Shown piece after piece: positions 13,915 through 32,109 of a stretch of 64,000 bases of DNA. The notes below the pieces were generated by a model. That model was not told the DNA's origin. It worked only from the letters and a program-made list of their open reading frames with translations, and made no database searches. Position 1 is the first letter of the stretch; each line of letters opens with the position of its first letter. Both the position numbers and the translations under genes were made by a program. Source of the stretch: Hemiscyllium ocellatum (lineage: Eukaryota); the NCBI RefSeq assembly GCF_020745735.1, contig NC_083428.1:21328001-21392000 (forward strand), in the 5' to 3' direction.

Positions 13915-14640
13915 CCTCCTCATTGAGGAAAGACCAAACACAGGCTGAGTGACCACTTTATGAAATACCTCCGCTTTGTAACAGTGACCCTGATAATTCT
14001 AGTTACTTACTATTTTAACAAACCATCTTGCTCCCATGCCTTTCATCCTGGATGCTACACTGTTCCAACAAAGCTCAATGCAAGATGGTAAAATAGCATC
14101 CCAGTTTTCATTTAGGCATTTTAGCCTTCAGAACTCTACATTAAGTTCCACAACTTCAGAACTTGACCTCTGTCCAGTTTGACTACTATCTGTTCCTTCA
14201 TACTGGCCATGGCTTGTTAGGAGGAGAGGATTGCAGATGTTGGAGTGTAGAAAAGCATGGCACTGAAAAAAAGCATTAGCCCTTCATCAGGAATGACTCA
14301 TGCCCTGTTTGGGCTTTGTTGGCTTTGCTTTCAGCAGAAAGGACAAATTTTCTCCCTTTGATACAAATCATTTATATCTATTTTACATCTCTATCTGTCC
14401 TTTACCAGAATTGGTACTCTTCATAGTTTGGTTTTGGCACCATCACCATCTATTCCACTTGCTTCTCTCTCTCTTTGAACATGGTAAAAAAACCCATCAC
14501 TTTCAAGGTCTTCTCAGTTCTGAGAAAGCATCATACTGGAATTGAAACATTAACTCTATTTCTCTTCACAGATGTTGCCAGACCTACTGAGTTTTTCTGT
14601 TTTTATTTAAAATTTCCAGCTCTGCAGTATTTTGCTTTTA
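13915..14640 (+). mobile_element. Decayed Penelope-like (Neptune-type) 3' region with degenerate hammerhead-containing tail
   Basis: GIY-YIG-region remnant (cattgaggaaagaccaaacacaggctgagtgaccacttt); tail gttctgagaaag...gaaacattaactct...cagatgttgccagacctactgag. Confidence 0.55.
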
Positions 14641-16409
14641 TTTGAATGACAATTGGCACTTTGATATTGAACTTTATTATGATTAATACACTACAAATCC
14701 TGAGGTAAAGATATAATAGGAGAGTGCAAATGATGCATCAGTACTGAACACTTTTCCTCCTTGTCCCACATCACTCATGGAAGGCATAAGAAAATCTTGT
14801 ACTTGATTCTATTGAGATGGCAACAGTTCCATAACTCTATACACCCCAAAAGAGCACTTGCATTTGGTGTATTCATTTTAAGGTAAATGGTGATCACTTA
14901 TGCTTCACAGAAATGTCTCTCCAATTTGCAAAGGTCAATAACATGGTCAACATTGTTTATGACCAGTTTACTTGTCCATTGCATGTATTTCACATACACT
15001 ATCATATGATTGCAAATGCAAAACTAATGCAACTGTCTGTTGAAGAGCCTCCTGTCACTTAGAAATGAAGCACACAGTTTTGGCCAGGAAACAGACACAG
15101 ATTCCTCACTACTCCAGGAGCGTGACCACAGCCATATTTGATTTATAAGTTGCATTTAGAACTTGACAGATCATAGAATACAACATAGTTGTGCTGAATA
15201 GTGTGTGTAATAGACTCAGCCTCGACGTCAGGTTCCCTCCAAACCCCCCATATTCCTTACTATCTAGCAGTTCCTGGACAGCCCATATGTCCTGAACCCT
15301 ATTATGTTCCCACCTACCACCTTAACTATCACTCCAATTCTTATCCTTCACATCCCTACAATTTATCACGCCCACCATCATTCAGCACAGTCCCCTTGAT
15401 GAGGCCGCAGTAGTGGCAACTGCCTATCACTACACATCCCACAGCATCCCACATTCTACCAGCTCATCCTACTTACATATCGATATCCCCATTTCACTGT
15501 CCTTGTACTCTCCATATTCCAGGTTGCTGCCTTGAGTCCCCAGCATTGAGTCACCCCAGCTTCCTACTGCAGCAGGTACCCAGATATCCACCCATGAAAT
15601 TCATTCCTCTGGTCCCCAGGACTCTGTTCCCTATGCTCCCCAACTGACTGACCTGGACATATAGCCCTGAATATTGACTGTTTGGCCCCTGTCCAATCTC
15701 TGTACATCTCCCCAACTAACAATCTGCTAAGCCCCTAACTGGCTCCACTGAATCTGTGGTCCACTCCCCAGTCAGGAGATGAATGGAACGCCTGACCCGT
15801 TGGGACATCTAAACATCCAAAATCCCTCGACAGATCATGAACTGATCTTGACTAACTGTACTGGCCACCCGCAGCCACACCCCTAGCCTGACTCAACTCT
15901 GACTGACAGCAACCCTCTTTGTTTTTAACTAAGTACTACTCACCTTTAACTTTGAGACACAGCCATTTGATGTATTTGCTGTGTGAGGTACTGACACATG
16001 TTGTGGGTGTTGTATTGATATTGTGTGTACTGTGCAGCAACATGGTCACTCTCTTGACTGATCACTAATGTTCCTTCAAAGCTGTGCAATTACATGGCCA
16101 CACTCAGCATGCCAGCACCACGGAGACCTCTGAAGGATTGTAACTTTTAAGGCAAAGATAGATTTTTGAACAGGAGAGGAATTAAGTGTTATGGTGAGCT
16201 GATGAGTCCATGAAAAGATTAGCCATGATCTTATTGAATGGCAGAGCAGGCCTGAGGGGCTGGATGGCCTATTTCTGTTCCCATTTCTTATGTTATGTTC
16301 TTATGTTAACTGGTGACTGCTGACAAACTGTTTTGTGTCTGTGCTAAAAGCAAGACAGTACAAAAATATTGTGTACTTTTAAAGTGAGGCTGAGTGGGGG
16401 GAGGACGCA

Positions 16410-17702
16410 AGGTAAATTGTTGGAGGGGATTCTGAGTGACTGGATTTACACGTATTTAGAAAGGCAAGGACTGATTAGAGATAGTCAACATGGCTTTTTG
16501 TGTGGGAAATCGTGTCTAGTTAACTTGACATTTTTGTCTATATGACATTGTCTATATGGACTTCAGCAAAGCATTCAACATGATTCCAAAATTGGCTTGA
16601 AGGTAGGAAATAGAGGGTGGGGCTAGAAGGTTGATTTTCAGACTAGAGGCCTGTGACCAATGGTGTGCCACAAGGATCATCATTTATATAAAGGATTTGG
16701 ATGCGAATATAGGAGGTATAGTCAATAAGTTTGCAGATGATACCAAAATAGGTAATATAGTGGACAGTGAAGAAGATTATCTCAAAGTACAACGGGACCT
16801 TGATCAGATGGATTTTAATGTAGATGCGCGGTGTTACATTTTTGTAAGGCAAACCAAGGCAGGACTTTTATAGTTAATGGTAGGGCTCTGGGGAGCATTG
16901 CCAAACAAAGAGACCTTGGGATGCAGATTCTTTGAAAGTGGAGTAGCATTTAGGAAGGTATTTGGCATCATTGCTTTCATTGATCAGAATATTCAAGTGT
17001 GGAAGTTGGGATGTCATGTGGTGCAGTGGTGGCTTCTGTGCTCCTGATCAGGAAGGCCCAGGTTCAAGTCCCACCCACTCCAGGTGTGTACTATCATCCT
17101 TGAATGGCTTGTTTAGAAAAATAGGTTAATAAAAACAATTATTTTTAAGATGCTATTGGTGAGCTCACTCTTAGAATACTTCCAACAAGTCTGGTCACCC
17201 TTCTACAGGCAAGATATTAAACCTGAGAGGATGGAGAAAAGATTTACAAAAATGTTGCAGGACTTGAGAGTTTGAGCTATAGGGAGAGGATGAATAGACT
17301 GGGGCTTTTTTCCCGGGTATGTCAGAGTCTGAGGGCTGACCTTATAGAGGTTTATAAAATCATGAGTGGCATGATAAGGTGAATAGCCAAGGACTTTTTC
17401 TTAGGTTGGGGGATTCCAAAACTAAAGGGCATAGCTTTAAAATCAGAGCTGAAAAATTTTAAAAAGACCTGAGGGGTAACTTTTTCACACAGAGGATAGT
17501 GTATGTATGGAATGATCAGCCAGAAATGGTGGTGGCGGGTACAATTACAAATTTAAAAGGCATCTGGATAGGTATTTGAATAGGAACGGTTCGGAGGGAT
17601 TTGGGCCAAATGCTGGCAAATGGTATTAGGTCAGATTGGGATGTTCGGTTGGGGCAGACAAGTTTGACTGAAAGGTCTGTTTCCATATTCTATGACTCTA
17701 TA
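16410..17702 (+). mobile_element. CR1/HER1-type LINE, decayed RT to 3' end, with a tRNA-derived SINE head inserted at ~17018-17120
   Basis: [24 protein letters not shown]; 3' tail ctatgactcta. Confidence 0.88.
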
Positions 17703-17830
17703 ATTTTGACAATGCTATATCCGTGTCAGCTCTTCACTCAGCTAATGTTACAACCAAAGCAGAAAACTCTTGACTTTAAAGCACAGAAAGCAGCTTTCAA
17801 TCCTAGAATTTTTTTCAAACCAACATGTTC

Positions 17831-18232
17831 AGTCATAGAGTCATAGAGATGTACAGCATGGAAACAGACCCTTCGGTCCAACCTGTCCACACTGACCAGA
17901 TATCCCAACCAAATCTAGTCCTACCTGCCAGCACCCGGCCCACATCCCTCCAAACCCTTCCTATTCATATACCTATCCAAATGCCACTTAAATGTTGCAA
18001 TTGTACCAGTCTCCACCACTTCCTCTGGCAGCTCATTTCATACACGCACCACCTTCTGCATGAAAAAGCTGCCCCTTAGGTCTCTTTTATATCCTTCCCC
18101 TCTCACCCTAAACCTGTGCCCTCTAGTTCTGGACTCCCCAATCCCAGGGAAAAGACTTTGTCTGTTTATCCCATCCATGCCACTCATAATTTTGTAAATT
18201 TCTGTAACGTCACCCCTCAGCCTCCGACGTCC
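17831..18232 (-). mobile_element. CR1/HER1-type LINE 3' end
   Basis: RRRLRGDVTEIYKIM...RTRGHRFRVRG; (TCATAGAG) tail. Confidence 0.9.
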
Positions 18233-19714
18233 AGGATGTTTTGATAAATTTCCAGGGTAAGTAGCAGTTGAATCCACACCTACAGGGACACTACAACCAC
18301 ACCACAAGACCTGTTACCAGTAAACCTGTTCAGTCATGTTGGACAATTAACATTCAGTATTGATTCAGGTACAATTTTTGACAAATACCTGTAATTACAC
18401 ATAAAATATCAACACTACAGCTTTCTGTCTTGAGATCCAAAATAATTCTCTTGCCTGTAGCAATTACATTCTTCCTCAGTAATTTATAAATTCATTATTT
18501 TTTTCTTCTTATAGAAGTGATTGAATGTAGGGTACTTGTTGATAATACTGAGTTTCACTCTTTCAGTCAGGATCTGAATGATTTAATAAAAACAACAGCT
18601 GAAATGTGCTGAGCTGTCAGTTACATCCTTGGAAAAAAAGATTCCTCACTATTCCTTACAATTTATTCCAAATGAATAGCTAGGTTAAGATATCCAGTTG
18701 AAGACATGGGTTTGCATTGTTTTCCTTACTTGTATGGGTGCTAGCAACAACTTTTCCATAGATTTTGAAGTATTGACTGATTATATTTTTCAGGTAAGCT
18801 GTTGAGTATAAAACAGGTACCCCAATAGATTGAGTACAAAGGAAATCAGTGCAGGGGATGGTCACTAGAAGCAGATGGCAATTGATATTGCGCAATGTGG
18901 TTTATACCTCAGAAATATGCAGATGTGATACAATATTTTCTATGGGTGAAATCTTCCCAAGACCTTGGAATGATGTGGGATATGGCGACAATTTGTGTGA
19001 ATTGCATGAGACGTCATGCAAAGCCTTTCTCAACATCAGGTGCAACAAATTATATTTTTCAACTAAGTTCTGTAGAGACAAAATACTCGCCAGTGAACTG
19101 GAAACACAGATGGTCTGGTCCCTTTGGAATGGAGGATAAAACTGAACATGGCAGTGGCAAGTTACTGGAAGAATGGAATTATTTCAAACTTACTGAATAA
19201 ATGTTTTTGAATGTGTAATTAGCAGCGTAAAGTAGGGAAGACGTTGTTTTCACTGGCTGAGTGGATAACTAGAACGCAGGACACAATTTCAGTTTAATCA
19301 CACACCATTTAGGATTGAGGTGAGGAGAGATTTTTTTCATCCAGAAGTCTATGAAACTTCCTCTTTCCTGAGTACAAATGATCAAGTATACTTACTGAGT
19401 TCCATAAATTCATGAAAAAGAGCACAAAAGCAAAATACAAAGGATGCTGCAAATCAGAAACAATCAAAAAACCCTGGAAATATTCAGCGCTCTGGCAGCA
19501 TCTGAGTTAAATATTTCAATTAAGGTGCTGTAACCTTTAATCCTGAGGTGTGTGACCTTTCATCAGAAAATTGAGCACGGTGTTGAGCTTGAAGATGAGC
19601 CACAACCTTGTTAAAAGGTGCAGGGAGCTCGAGATTTCTGTTTGGACTGCTGTGATTTTTTTTCCTGAAATGAAGTAAGTTGAAGGTGGATTAATTTGTC
19701 CATTTGGTGGTGTT

Positions 19715-19742
19715 GATGATAATAATGATGATGATGATGATT
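19715..19742. repeat. Imperfect (GAT)n microsatellite
   Basis: tgatgataataatgatgatgatgatga; explains the poly-His ORF. Confidence 0.8.
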
Positions 19743-20328
19743 ACAAGACAGGGGGAAACACTGACTGGAGTGAATCTCTGAGTATACCCACTGGAATATT
19801 GAATTTATGAAACCAGCAAGCACCCAGCCTGATGCTTTGGACAGTTAGAGGCTGAAGCCATTTTCTGACAGTCGGTAATAAATAAGAGATCTAAGAGTAG
19901 GGCGACCACAGAGGAACTCCTGTCCCTCACTACCTCTTCCGCCATTTCACTCCAACCCATGAAAACTACAAAAACAAAGGCCGCAGACTCCTATAAAACT
20001 TCACTTCCGTCGACAACCAACGACGACACTTAAAATAATTTAAACAGTCGGCAGTAGTTAACGTTCGAGACAATATACATTTTTAAAAATAAAATTGGAA
20101 ACTTAAATAAACATCCTGCAATCCCAACGATGAACAACTGCGTTTTTTAAAAAGAAATTAGAAATATTTTTAAAAAACAAAAACCTGCGGTCCGTTGGAT
20201 TTGAATTTTTTTTGGTGGGGGAGGGGGGAGGTGAAGGAAAAAGCCGTTAAACTGGAGATTGGGGGAGGGGAGGCGGGGGCGTGAAGGACCTTTTCCCATG
20301 AGGCGGTGCGGCCTCCCAGGCCGTCGTC

Positions 20329-20336
20329 TATAAATA
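20329..20336 (+). promoter_or_regulatory. TATA box of OAZ1
   Basis: TATAAATA between GC boxes, ~180 nt upstream of the ATG. Confidence 0.8.
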
Positions 20337-20501
20337 GCCCCGCCCCACCGGTTGCTGCGTCACAGTGGCTCCGATTGCCAGAAGCTGCGTGTGCGGCAGT
20401 AGCTCACTCTCTCCTTTTTCTTATATAAAAAAATTTTCAGACCAGCGTGTGCGGCACGGCAGAGCCTTTCACCTGGTGTCCCGTGGAGGAAACCCCTTTA
20501 A

Positions 20502-26843
<6,342 letters not shown>

Positions 26844-27029
26844 ACTTGTGCTTTTATCTTGCTCTCCTGTTTTGGGTTTTTTGTTTTGTTTGTCTCATCT
26901 GTGAAGGTATATTGGTGAAATTCTGTCTTATCTAGCATTGCAGCCTCAGGAGAATCTTCAGGTTCAGTGGTGGTTGGTTGGATAATTTCACTTGTACTGT
27001 ATCTCAGTTTGCATGTTATGATTATAACA

Positions 27030-27147
27030 AATAAATTGCTCACCATGAAATTAACTGCATACACGTTTTAGTTTTGGTTGACATGTTGCATTCATCTTAA
27101 ATAAAATTTATTTTTACTGTTGAAGTGCTTAGTTTGGAGTGAATAAA
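27030..27147 (+). terminator. Candidate OAZ1 polyadenylation signals
   Basis: AATAAA at 27030, 27100 and 27142, with T/GT-rich sequence nearby; the site actually used cannot be determined. Confidence 0.6.
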
Positions 27148-27854
27148 AAAGTTTGACCATTGTTTCAGGCCGCAAGGCTTAATCTATCCCTTCAAACTCT
27201 CCACCCCTTCTCTCCCTTTGAAGAGATGCCAGTGGAATGGGGCCAGTAGTTGAACTTAAAATTTGGGTCAGTATTGCAAACAAAATTGCTTGCTCTTACG
27301 GAATGTGTTGGTATGGTCAGGTGTGGTCACAATATTGTCATTGCACATCTTAAGTACAAAGGGAAATGGGAATTTCTTATTTAAATTTAGCAACTGTACA
27401 CAACAGTTGCATAGTTAGTTTTATCTTAAACGGAGTTCCTCAAAAGTGGAGGAGTGGGCTACTCAAATTTGTTTTAGCACAAAGTGGCAATACTGATTTC
27501 TAGCACCTGACATTAATTATCTTCCAAATTAAAATTTTTTGGTTAACTTTGAAACTGGCACATGTAGAAAACATCAGAGCAATAATGGCCTTTGATTAAT
27601 GGGCAACAAAAGAATATGATTGGTGTTTGTTTAAATTATTGCATGACACTTGAAACATTTTCAGGTGAATATAAACAGGTGATCGAAAGTTGAAAATTGA
27701 GGCAGCTTGACTTTGTCTAGTCTCCTGGCTTTGTTGATGATTGATGAACATTCATTATATCAGATGGATTTACAAGCAAATGTGCCTGTTTTTCAAAATG
27801 GTTATTCTCTTGAGCTGTTATGACTACCTACATCAGGATAGCTTCAATGTACTG

Positions 27855-29330
27855 TCAAAAGTGAGGCCCTGGAAAAGCACAGCAAGTCAGGCTGCACCCA
27901 AGGTGCAGGAGAGTCAACCTCTAGCATAAGCCCTTTGTCAGGAATGTTGGTGTGGGGCTGAGCAATAAATAGGAGTGAGTGGGGCTGGGTAAAGTAGCTT
28001 GTAAGGTGATAGGGAGATGAAGGTGGGTGGTGATGGTTACAGGTGGGAGGGAAGATGGACAGGTAGGATAATTCAAGAGGATGGAGTTGAGTATGTTGAA
28101 TCTGGGAGAAGGTGAATGGAGGAGATGAGGAAACTGATGAAATGACATTGCTGTGTTGTTGAAGGGTTCCAAGATGGAAGATGAGCTTTTCCAGGTGTTG
28201 GGTGACTTTGATTTGGCAGCGGAAGTGGCCCAGGACTTGCAGGTCTTTGGCAGAGAGGAAGTTGAAGTGGTCGGCCATGGCAGTGGGGTTGTTGGGTGTA
28301 TATGTTCTGGAGGTGTTCTCTGAACTGATGTGCAAGTTAGCGTCCTGTCTCCCTAGTGTAGAGTAGACCACGTTGAGAGCAACGGACACAGTAGATGAGG
28401 TATTTGGATGTGTAAGAAAATCTGCCAGCTGTGGAAGGATCCTTTGGGATCTTGGGTGGAGGTGTGGGTGTACAGACTTTACACCTCTCGTGGTGGCAAG
28501 GGAAGATGCTCAGAGTGGAGGGTGGGTTGGTGGAGTGTATGAAGGGAGGACGAGGAGGGGTTTTATCCTGATTCTCCCTTTCCACCCCACCAATATTCAG
28601 ATGCAATGTATTGTCCATTGCCACTTCCACTGCCTACAGTCAGCCCCACCACCAGAGATATTTCCCTCCCCACCCCATCAACATTTTGCAGAGAACATTC
28701 CTTCCTCGACTCCTTTTTTAGGTCCATGCCCCCCTGCCAACCCACTCTTCACTTCTGGCACCTACCCTTGCCACTGCAAGAGATGTAAAATCTGCACCCA
28801 CACCTTTTCCCCCTCACCTCCATGCAAGGACCTAAAGGATCCTTCCACTTGCTGCACATCCAAATACCTCATCCACTGTGTCTGTTGCTCTCGAGGTGGT
28901 CTCTATAGTGGGGAGACAGGGCGCCAAGTTGTAGAACCGTTTGAAGAACTTCTCCAAGACATCCACACCCAACAACCCTACCGTTCTGTGGTCGAACACT
29001 TCCAACTCCCCCTCTCACTCTGCCAAGGATATGGACCTGGGTCATGTCCACCACCAAATTCAAGCCACCCGAATGCCTTCTCTTCTGCCTTGGGACCCTT
29101 CAACCACATGGTATCAATGTTGATTTCACCAGTTTCCTCATCTTCCTATCCCCCCACTGTATCCCAGATCCAACCCTCAAACTCCAATCTGCCTTTTGAG
29201 CTACCTGTTCATTTCCTTCCTACCTATCCACTTCGGCCTATCACCATCACCTCTTTCCCCCCCCCACCCCTTCACCTACCTCCTGCCTTCTGAGCTGCCT
29301 TCCCCTAGCCTAAACCTCTCCCATTTTTTC
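27855..29330. mobile_element. Penelope-like element (Neptune type): inverted pair, 27855-28560(-) and 28560-29330(+)
   Basis: PCHCKRCKIC Cys motif followed by CTSKYLIHCVCCSRGGLYSGETGR (GIY-YIG) on +; PCHHERCKVC...TSKYLIYCVRCSQRGLLYTRETGR on -. Confidence 0.85.
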
Positions 29331-29344
29331 CTCTGTCACCTGGT

Positions 29345-29648
29345 CTTACAATATTGTCTAGCTATCACCATTGTTAGCAGCTAACCCGAGAATGCAACTT
29401 TAAAAAGAAGGGTTTTGTGATTTACACATGAAAGAAGTGAAACTATCACTGTATTCTAACAGATGAAACGCTTAACAGACAATCAGATTTTCAATGTATA
29501 ATTTCAGTTACATCACACTGCAAATTTTTGCTATAAATTCTGTTACGATCGAGCCCTCCACAATCACCTGATGACGGAGCATTGCTCCGAAAGCTCGTGT
29601 ACTTCCAATTAAACCTGTTGGATATAACGTCTTGTGTGATTTTTAACT
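29345..29648 (+). mobile_element. Penelope-derived terminal-repeat fragment carrying a hammerhead motif
   Basis: Nearly identical to 37018-37318 and related to 51815-52095. Confidence 0.75.
29565..29599 (+). ncRNA. Minimal type I hammerhead ribozyme motif, core intact
   Basis: CAC-CTGATGA-C-GGAGC-ATT-GCTCC-GAAA-GC-TC-GTG: stem I CAC/GTG, 5-bp stem II, palindromic AGCT in place of stem III. Confidence 0.75.
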
Positions 29649-30159
29649 GTGAACAACTTACAACAATCTTGGATTTTAAAGTCTATAGTGCTTTAAAACT
29701 AATATTCTTCACTTTTCTTTTGGGTATTTGTTCTCTGATGTCTGTTAAAGATTCATTCCAAGAACGTGGCATTTATCATTCTTTTCATGCTTATCTGTGA
29801 ACCCTATGACCTACAGTCTGATCCCATTCACACTAACCTTTTGAGCATTCAACTTCTTGACTTGTTTCCATGATGTTAGAGGGAGTTGCCTCTCAATTAT
29901 TTTTTTTGAAAAAAAATTCTTCACTTTTTGAATTTAGAATTTGGTTGTCTGCTTCTGCATATAAATGCTTGATTTTCTAATCAAAATTTCACCCTGGACA
30001 CAGCACTGAAATAGCCTTAATGAAATGAATGTGCGGTACTTCTCTGTTACTTCCAATCTTTGCAACTTTTGATGCAATTTCCCAGCTGTGTGAAACTTCT
30101 GTCTCCATTTTTCTTAATCCAGCCCTAGACAGAATGTCATTGCTGCAGTTTTCACAGAA

Positions 30160-30447
30160 CACGGTGGCACAGTGGTTAGCACTGCTGCCTCACAGCGCCT
30201 GAGACCCGGGTTCAATTCCCGACTCAGGCGACTGACTGTGTGGAGTTTGCACGTTCTCCCCGTGTCTGCGTGGGTTTCCTCCGGGTGCTCCGGTTTCCTC
30301 CCACAGTCCAAAGATGTGCGGGTCAGGTGAATTGGCTATGCTAAATTGCCCGTAGTGTTAGGTAGGGTAAATGTAGGAGTATGGGTCGGTGTGGACTTGT
30401 TGGGCCGAAAGGTCTGTTTCCACACTGTAAGTCTAAGTCTAATCTAA
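30160..30447 (+). mobile_element. HE1-type SINE
   Basis: cacggtggcacagtggttagcac...ggttcaattccc...V-domain...tctaa tail. Confidence 0.92.
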
Positions 30448-30529
30448 TTCTATCTGCTTACATTTGTGTTATTCACTGTGGACTGTCTTAATGTTAAATA
30501 GAAAACACTTTCCCTAATGACCAATTTGA

Positions 30530-30800
30530 AATTTTGGGACCATAGGTTTGAGTCCCACTGTAATGAAATTTGAATAAATTTGACAAAATCTGAAATAAAG
30601 AACTGGTCTGATGGAACCATGTAACTATTAATTGTTGTGAAAGCTCATTGATGTCCTTCAGGGAACGAAATCTACCATCCTTGTCTGGCTGACATGCTTC
30701 CAGATTCACAGAAAAGCGGTTGACCCTTAACTCTGGGAAGTTTGATGTGGACAATAAATGCTGACCTAACCATTGAAGCTGACATCTCTCAAACAAATAA
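30530..30800 (+). mobile_element. Old shark SINE-like repeat; other copies ~31490-31790(-), 38270-38455(+), 38930-39200(+)
   Basis: Shared motif (g)accatg.aact...tgtcctt.aggga.gaaat.t.ccatcctt...tggc...catg..tccaga. Confidence 0.55.
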
Positions 30801-32109
30801 AGAGGAATTGCTAATACTTACTGACATTTGAAACATTTCTTAAATGCTTATTTTTGTGGAGCACTAATCAGTACCTGTCATTTGTGGGTTTCAAGTAAAG
30901 GCATGTTAAAATCTGGAAATCATTGTAGGTGTCTGCATGCACAGTAACAGCAGTAGAGTCAGGAATGCAGAGCATGGAACCAAATTGCTGTCAGGACAGA
31001 AGGGAGCACTGAAGATTTACAGTTTCTCATCACTTACTACACATTCCCTCTGGAGTTCTCCAGGGATTTTCCTGAGAAAACCCAGGGAGTGCTTGATCAT
31101 TTTGTTTTTTTATACAGTGGTGTACCAAACTATTGTGATTTGAGGCAGATTTTAAAAGATGGAAGTTATAAGCGCTCAATCTACTTCAAAGTGGAAAGGA
31201 TGATCACCCAAATCATTAGCAGTTGACCATAATCCATTTGGAATAGCAGGAGATGTTATTGTCTAAGACTATAGTTTAAAACAAGACTCACCACTGGGTA
31301 TAAAAACTGGCAGTCTCCAATTGTGACATATACCGATCTTAGTTTTTTTAAAACTATTGGGCTTTGTTTTTGTCATCTCTTTTTTTACTTAAGTTATTAG
31401 TAAATTTCATCATTGGCTTAGTTGACTTAATGTTTTCAGTCCAGCAGACTGGTGAAGTTATTGAGCTTCTTGCAGTCCCACATTAAGGTCCTTTTTTAAC
31501 AAAACAAATCATTTCACGAGACGAATGTGCATATTGCTGGTAAGGACAACTTTAGTTGACCATCTTTAATTGCATCCTTGAACTGAATGATTTGGTAGGC
31601 AATTTCAGAGGGCAGGTAAGTATCACCTGAATTTCTGTGGTTCAGGAGTTATATGTAGTCTAGACTGGGAGGACAATAGTGAACCGGATGGATTTTGTGA
31701 CAAATTTTTCATGGTTACCACCATTATTGACACTATATTTCAATTCCAGATTATTAGCTGAATTAAAATTCCACCAGCTGGTGTTTCCTATTTTGTGCCA
31801 TTTTTCATTTTCAGTTGCTGTTGAAATTAGCTTCTGCAAAGTTATTACTGCATTATTGGTTGTGTTTTCTTCCACTTATTTGTTTATGGAACGATTTATT
31901 GTGAAAGACAACAGCTTTCTGATGTTATCTCTTTTATACTTACAAGTGAGTATTTTCTACATTTAGAAACAATTATTTCTTTTATTAATTTCCTGGGGCA
32001 GTTCCTAACCTTTTTTTATTTCACTTATTGGAGTGGATTGAGGTTGTGCGATTGTGTAATACAAATAATATAGTAATTTTTATGCTACGACTTTGATGGA
32101 ATTAAAATC

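Noticed and set aside
18680-19200. Overlapping ~100-aa ORFs upstream of the promoter
   Set aside because: No recognisable domain or splice structure; may be a very old retroelement remnant but unsupported
4400-19500. JSRP1 or AMH exons expected from human synteny
   Set aside because: No recognisable coding exons found by eye; isolated donor-like motifs are insufficient
19611-19823. Poly-His ORF
   Set aside because: Product of a (GAT)n microsatellite
28373-29293. 306-aa ORF, longest in the track
   Set aside because: Crosses the inversion junction of a decayed Penelope pair; only patches are GIY-YIG-like
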